A DNA stretch of 60,710 nt, filler included. It is 3 parts of 3 records of this genome, joined end to end, with 100 filler letters (N's around TTAATTAATTAA, not from the genome) between each part and the next. Parts side by side here need not be neighbours in the genome. Positions count along the whole stretch, not along the records: positions 49,422 to 60,710 come from DRR378314_2569; 2 more parts are not named here. The stretch is one strand, 5' to 3'. Each line of letters opens with the position of its first letter. Within the stretch, counting starts at the first letter, position 1. The position numbers were made by a program, and so were the translations under genes. Positions 57,492-60,710 of this stretch are shown one piece after another. The notes under the pieces are model-generated. The model searched no databases and was not told the DNA's origin. It saw only the letters and a program-made list of their open reading frames with translations.

Positions 57492-59320
57492 AACGCCTGT
57501 CCTATGCCGATGTAAAACTGCAGCCCGTCCTCGGTATCACCTGAAACAGGCATCGCCAGATCAAGGCGGATCGGACCGATCCCGGTTACATTATACCGCA
57601 CGCCGAGGCCCGCGCCTGCGTGGAATTCGCTGTCACCGCTGACAAAGCTGTCCTGGTCCACAAAGCCTGCGTCGTAGAACCCGACGAGCGAAATCGTGTC
57701 GGTGATCCGGCCACGCACCTCGCCTGACAGCGCGAGGTATCCGCGCCCGCCTGCTGTCTTGCCGCCGACGTCGATGCCGAGGGATTGGAACTCCTGCCCC
57801 CGCACGGAACCGGCCCCGCCAGAAAAATAGAGCAATGTGGGTGAGACGTTATTCTGGTCGGGCCCGATCAGGGAGCCCAGCTGAACACGTCCGGCCAATA
57901 CGATGCGACCAGAACTGCCGAGCGATTTATATCCACGGGCGTCGATGTTGATCTGCACGCCGGGGTCGCCGCCCCCCAAACCGACGAAGGGCACGATCTC
58001 GCCATCAAGATAATAGCCGGCGGACGGATCGGTCTTGACGTTGCGTTTGTCCTTTTCGCCCCTCAGGCGCCCGGCAAAATACTTGAATTCCCGGTTGTCG
58101 CCAAAGGCATCATCGGCTTTGACATAGCGCAGTCCCAAAGCGCCCTCGACAAATGTGGTATCAGAGACGATGCGCCGAACCCCGATGGCAGCCGTGGCGC
58201 TTCTGGCGGTGTAATGCTCTTCCTGCAATTGCTCCAGCGCGGCGAGGTAGAACAGCGTTCTGTCCGTGCCAAGGGCCGCAGGGCGGTCCAGACGCGCCGA
58301 GACGCTTCCGTCGAGTTCGCTGGTGCCAAGGCCGCTGACAGACAGGTCGATCTTCAATCGCTCTGCCGCGCCGAAGAGATTGCGGTGCATCCAGCTGCTG
58401 CTGAGTTTCACCGCTTCGGATGAAGACACCTCAACGCCGAAGGTAAAACGGCGCTTGGGCTGGTCTTCCACCTCGGCGATGAAATCAAGCGTACCGTCCG
58501 GGTTTGGTGTCTCTGCCTGCTTTACAGTCACGGTTGAAAATGCGCCGGTGCGGCGCAGGCGGGTGGCGGATTTCGACACCAGATCCGGGTGGTAGGTTTG
58601 CCCCGTTGCAAACCCTGCAATGCGCTGTATCGCTTCCCGCCTCACGTCGGACTGTCCGGTGATCCGCAGATTGCCCAGCTGCAGCCGGGGCCCCGGCGCG
58701 ATCTGTAGGTCCGCATCGAGGCGCTGTTTGACTGCATCGGCGGTGATGGACTGATTTGACAGTTCTGCCTTGGCGTGGCCCGCGCGGTCCCATGCGCCCA
58801 GTCCTGCAGTTGCCGCCTGTTGAATGACACCCGTGCTTGCAGGGCGCCCGGATGCAAAATCCGCTGGCAGATCGGCAGGTTCATTGGCTGGCAGAGGCCT
58901 GACTACGGCACGACCGAAGGTGAAGGCGGGGCCGGGATCAACCGAGATGTCGATCTTGTCCACTGATCTCGGCGGGTTCAGCAAATTGATTGCCGCGGCT
59001 TCGCGCCCATCGAGACGAATGTTCACGACCGGTGCAAAATATCCGGCGTCATAGAGCACCTGCACCAAAGTACGGTAGTCGGACAGCGCGGCTGCAATGA
59101 TTTCCTGCAGCTCTGCACCGTCGCCGAGGATCAGCGCGGCGCTGGCGCCCTCCAGCTTGTCGGTGAGCTCCTCCGGTGCTTTGGGTGCGGAGAGGTTTGC
59201 CTCAAGCGCATGAAGCGCGGCCCCCGGAAGCGCCACGCCAAAGCCGATAGCCAGAGACAGGGGCCGCAGGGCGCGAAGAAGGCGGCGCGCGGTCGGGCGC
59301 GGGTGGCGAAAGCTGATCAT
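57488..59320 (-). CDS. tamA: Omp85-family translocation/assembly module TamA
   Basis: POTRA-like N-terminus, HRNLFG, GGAGSVRG, GPIRLD, FYIGIGQAF. Start reassigned to MISFR (GGAG RBS). Confidence 0.9.
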   Translation of the reverse strand: MISFRHPRPTARRLLRALRPLSLAIGFGVALPGAALHALEANLSAPKAPEELTDKLEGASAALILGDGAELQEIIAAALSDYRTLVQVLYDAGYFAPVVNIRLDGREAAAINLLNPPRSVDKIDISVDPGPAFTFGRAVVRPLPANEPADLPADFASGRPASTGVIQQAATAGLGAWDRAGHAKAELSNQSITADAVKQRLDADLQIAPGPRLQLGNLRITGQSDVRREAIQRIAGFATGQTYHPDLVSKSATRLRRTGAFSTVTVKQAETPNPDGTLDFIAEVEDQPKRRFTFGVEVSSSEAVKLSSSWMHRNLFGAAERLKIDLSVSGLGTSELDGSVSARLDRPAALGTDRTLFYLAALEQLQEEHYTARSATAAIGVRRIVSDTTFVEGALGLRYVKADDAFGDNREFKYFAGRLRGEKDKRNVKTDPSAGYYLDGEIVPFVGLGGGDPGVQINIDARGYKSLGSSGRIVLAGRVQLGSLIGPDQNNVSPTLLYFSGGAGSVRGQEFQSLGIDVGGKTAGGRGYLALSGEVRGRITDTISLVGFYDAGFVDQDSFVSGDSEFHAGAGLGVRYNVTGIGPIRLDLAMPVSGDTEDGLQFYIGIGQAF

Positions 59321-59485
59321 TGTGTCTCCGGCAGCGAGCAATCGGTTTTCTTGTTGTCCGAGGCAGGTAGGCCGGCGGAACATTATGTCGACGCTACACG
59401 CTTGACGAACGTCAGAAAACCTTCGCGCAAGATACAGCTCTACGTGGAGTTGCAGTTGTGGCGCTAGGCGGCGGAAACCTGCCGA

Positions 59486-60475
59486 CTACTCAGGCGCCGT
59501 CATGGCCCGTGCAACATCGAGCATCCGAGCCGAAAATCCCCATTCATTGTCATACCAGCCAAAGACCCGCAGTTGCTGGCCCTCCACCATGCGGGTCTCA
59601 GGGGCCGCCAAAATCAGCGATTCCGGGCGTGCACGCAGATCGGAGGACACCAATGGTTGATCGGTCCAGCCAAGAATGGGGGACTGCGAAGCCGCCGCTT
59701 TCAGTGCCGCGAGGAGATCGCCTTCATCCCACGTGCTGCTGAGGCGCGCGACCAGGTCCACGGCAGAAACGCTCGCGGTCGGAATGCGGACGGCGGCGCC
59801 GGAAATCCGGCCTTTGAGGTGCGGCAGGACGACATCTATCAGGTGCATCGCCGATGTGGTGGTCGGCACCATCGACTGCGCGCCGCCGCGTGACCGGGCA
59901 AAGTCACCACGGGGGGTGTCCACCATCGGCTGCGAATTTGTGTAGCAATGAATGGTGGTCATGTGACCGGTCTCAATGCCCGCCACTTGATCCACCAGCT
60001 GCACCAGGCCCGCAACGGCGTTGGTTGTGCAGGAGGCATTGGACACGATTTTCGCGCCCGCCAGATCGGCCTGATTGACGCCATAGACGACGGTGACTTC
60101 AGCCGCAGGGGACGGGCCAGAGATCAGCACTTTGCTCGCACCGGCACTCAGGCCGCGTTCTGCCAGGTCGGTGGTGCGCGCGATCCCCGTGCAATCCAGC
60201 AGGATATCGATCTCTGACAAATCGAGATTGGTGATATTTGCCTGTTGATGAAGCGGGATGCAGCGGTTGTCGACGCACAGCGTGCCGTCGCCCAGCGAGA
60301 CCGAGCCGGGGTAGGGGCCGAAGGTGCTGTCATACTGAAACAGATAGGCACACATCTCCGGATCGGCGATGTCGTTGATGCAGGCGATCTCGATCTCCGA
60401 ACCGCGCGGGCTGCTCAGGATCTGACGCAAAATCGTGCGGCCAATGCGGCCGAATCCATTTATTGCTATCTTCAT
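59486..60475 (-). CDS. gap: Type I glyceraldehyde-3-phosphate dehydrogenase family, divergent paralogue
   Basis: MKIAINGFGRIGR, YDST, SNASCTTN, WYDNEWGF; start reassigned to MKIAING. Confidence 0.88.
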   Translation of the reverse strand: MKIAINGFGRIGRTILRQILSSPRGSEIEIACINDIADPEMCAYLFQYDSTFGPYPGSVSLGDGTLCVDNRCIPLHQQANITNLDLSEIDILLDCTGIARTTDLAERGLSAGASKVLISGPSPAAEVTVVYGVNQADLAGAKIVSNASCTTNAVAGLVQLVDQVAGIETGHMTTIHCYTNSQPMVDTPRGDFARSRGGAQSMVPTTTSAMHLIDVVLPHLKGRISGAAVRIPTASVSAVDLVARLSSTWDEGDLLAALKAAASQSPILGWTDQPLVSSDLRARPESLILAAPETRMVEGQQLRVFGWYDNEWGFSARMLDVARAMTAPE

Positions 60476-60710
60476 GGGCAAAGCTATGGCAGCGGTTCTC
60501 GGCTCCGGCAATCCACCCGCACAATAATGGACGGCCTTGATACAATCGCAGTCCGGCGCGAATTCATCACCATTTGCGACAGGATAGGTACGGATTCCGT
60601 CTTGCGCCAGCCCATTGGCGCTGGTAGCTTCCGCCGCAGCACATGGGAGAACCGATCCGGGCGAAAGCGCGTGAACTCGGTGCCGAAGGAGCAACCGCCC
60701 CGGAAACTCT

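Noticed and set aside
54541-57642. Long plus-strand ORFs (508 aa, 338 aa) and many other overlapping ORFs in the GC-rich contigs
   Set aside because: Antisense or alternate-frame shadows of well-supported genes, S/R/A/P-rich and without motifs
60476-60694. 73-aa N-terminal extension of GAPDH in the ORF track
   Set aside because: The family starts at MKIAINGFGRIG; the extension looks like an incidental open frame

Overview
The window joins three contigs with 100-nt artificial spacers (N44-TTAATTAATTAA-N44 at 23473-23572 and 49322-49421). (1) 1-23472 is AT-rich Flavobacteriaceae DNA (Tenacibaculum/Polaribacter-like by inference). It carries a run of exported peptidases/acylases, an MFS+VOC pair behind an apparent leader-peptide attenuator, housekeeping genes (crcB, LOG, folP, cdaA, truA), and a TPR histidine kinase/lipoprotein/NarL-type regulator module with an array of 7-2-7 operator-like palindromes. 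(2) 23573-49321 is GC-rich Rhodobacteraceae/Roseobacter-like DNA: tex, a DUF4153 + two-component module, monomeric icd, then a ~15.7 kb co-oriented cluster, and a truncated tRNA-Leu at the contig end. The cluster holds FOUR dynamin-like GTPases in two paralogous pairs, roadblock-like proteins between the pairs, a membrane Hanks Ser/Thr kinase with PDZ-like domains, an FHA protein, a PP2C phosphatase and two LysM + solute-binding proteins. It is the best candidate for an undescribed system: phosphorylation-controlled, envelope-sensing membrane remodelling. (3) 49422-60710 is also Rhodobacteraceae-like: a truncated type I PKS, polysaccharide genes, tamB/tamA and a divergent GAPDH. All family calls come from motif recognition by eye; no searches were run.
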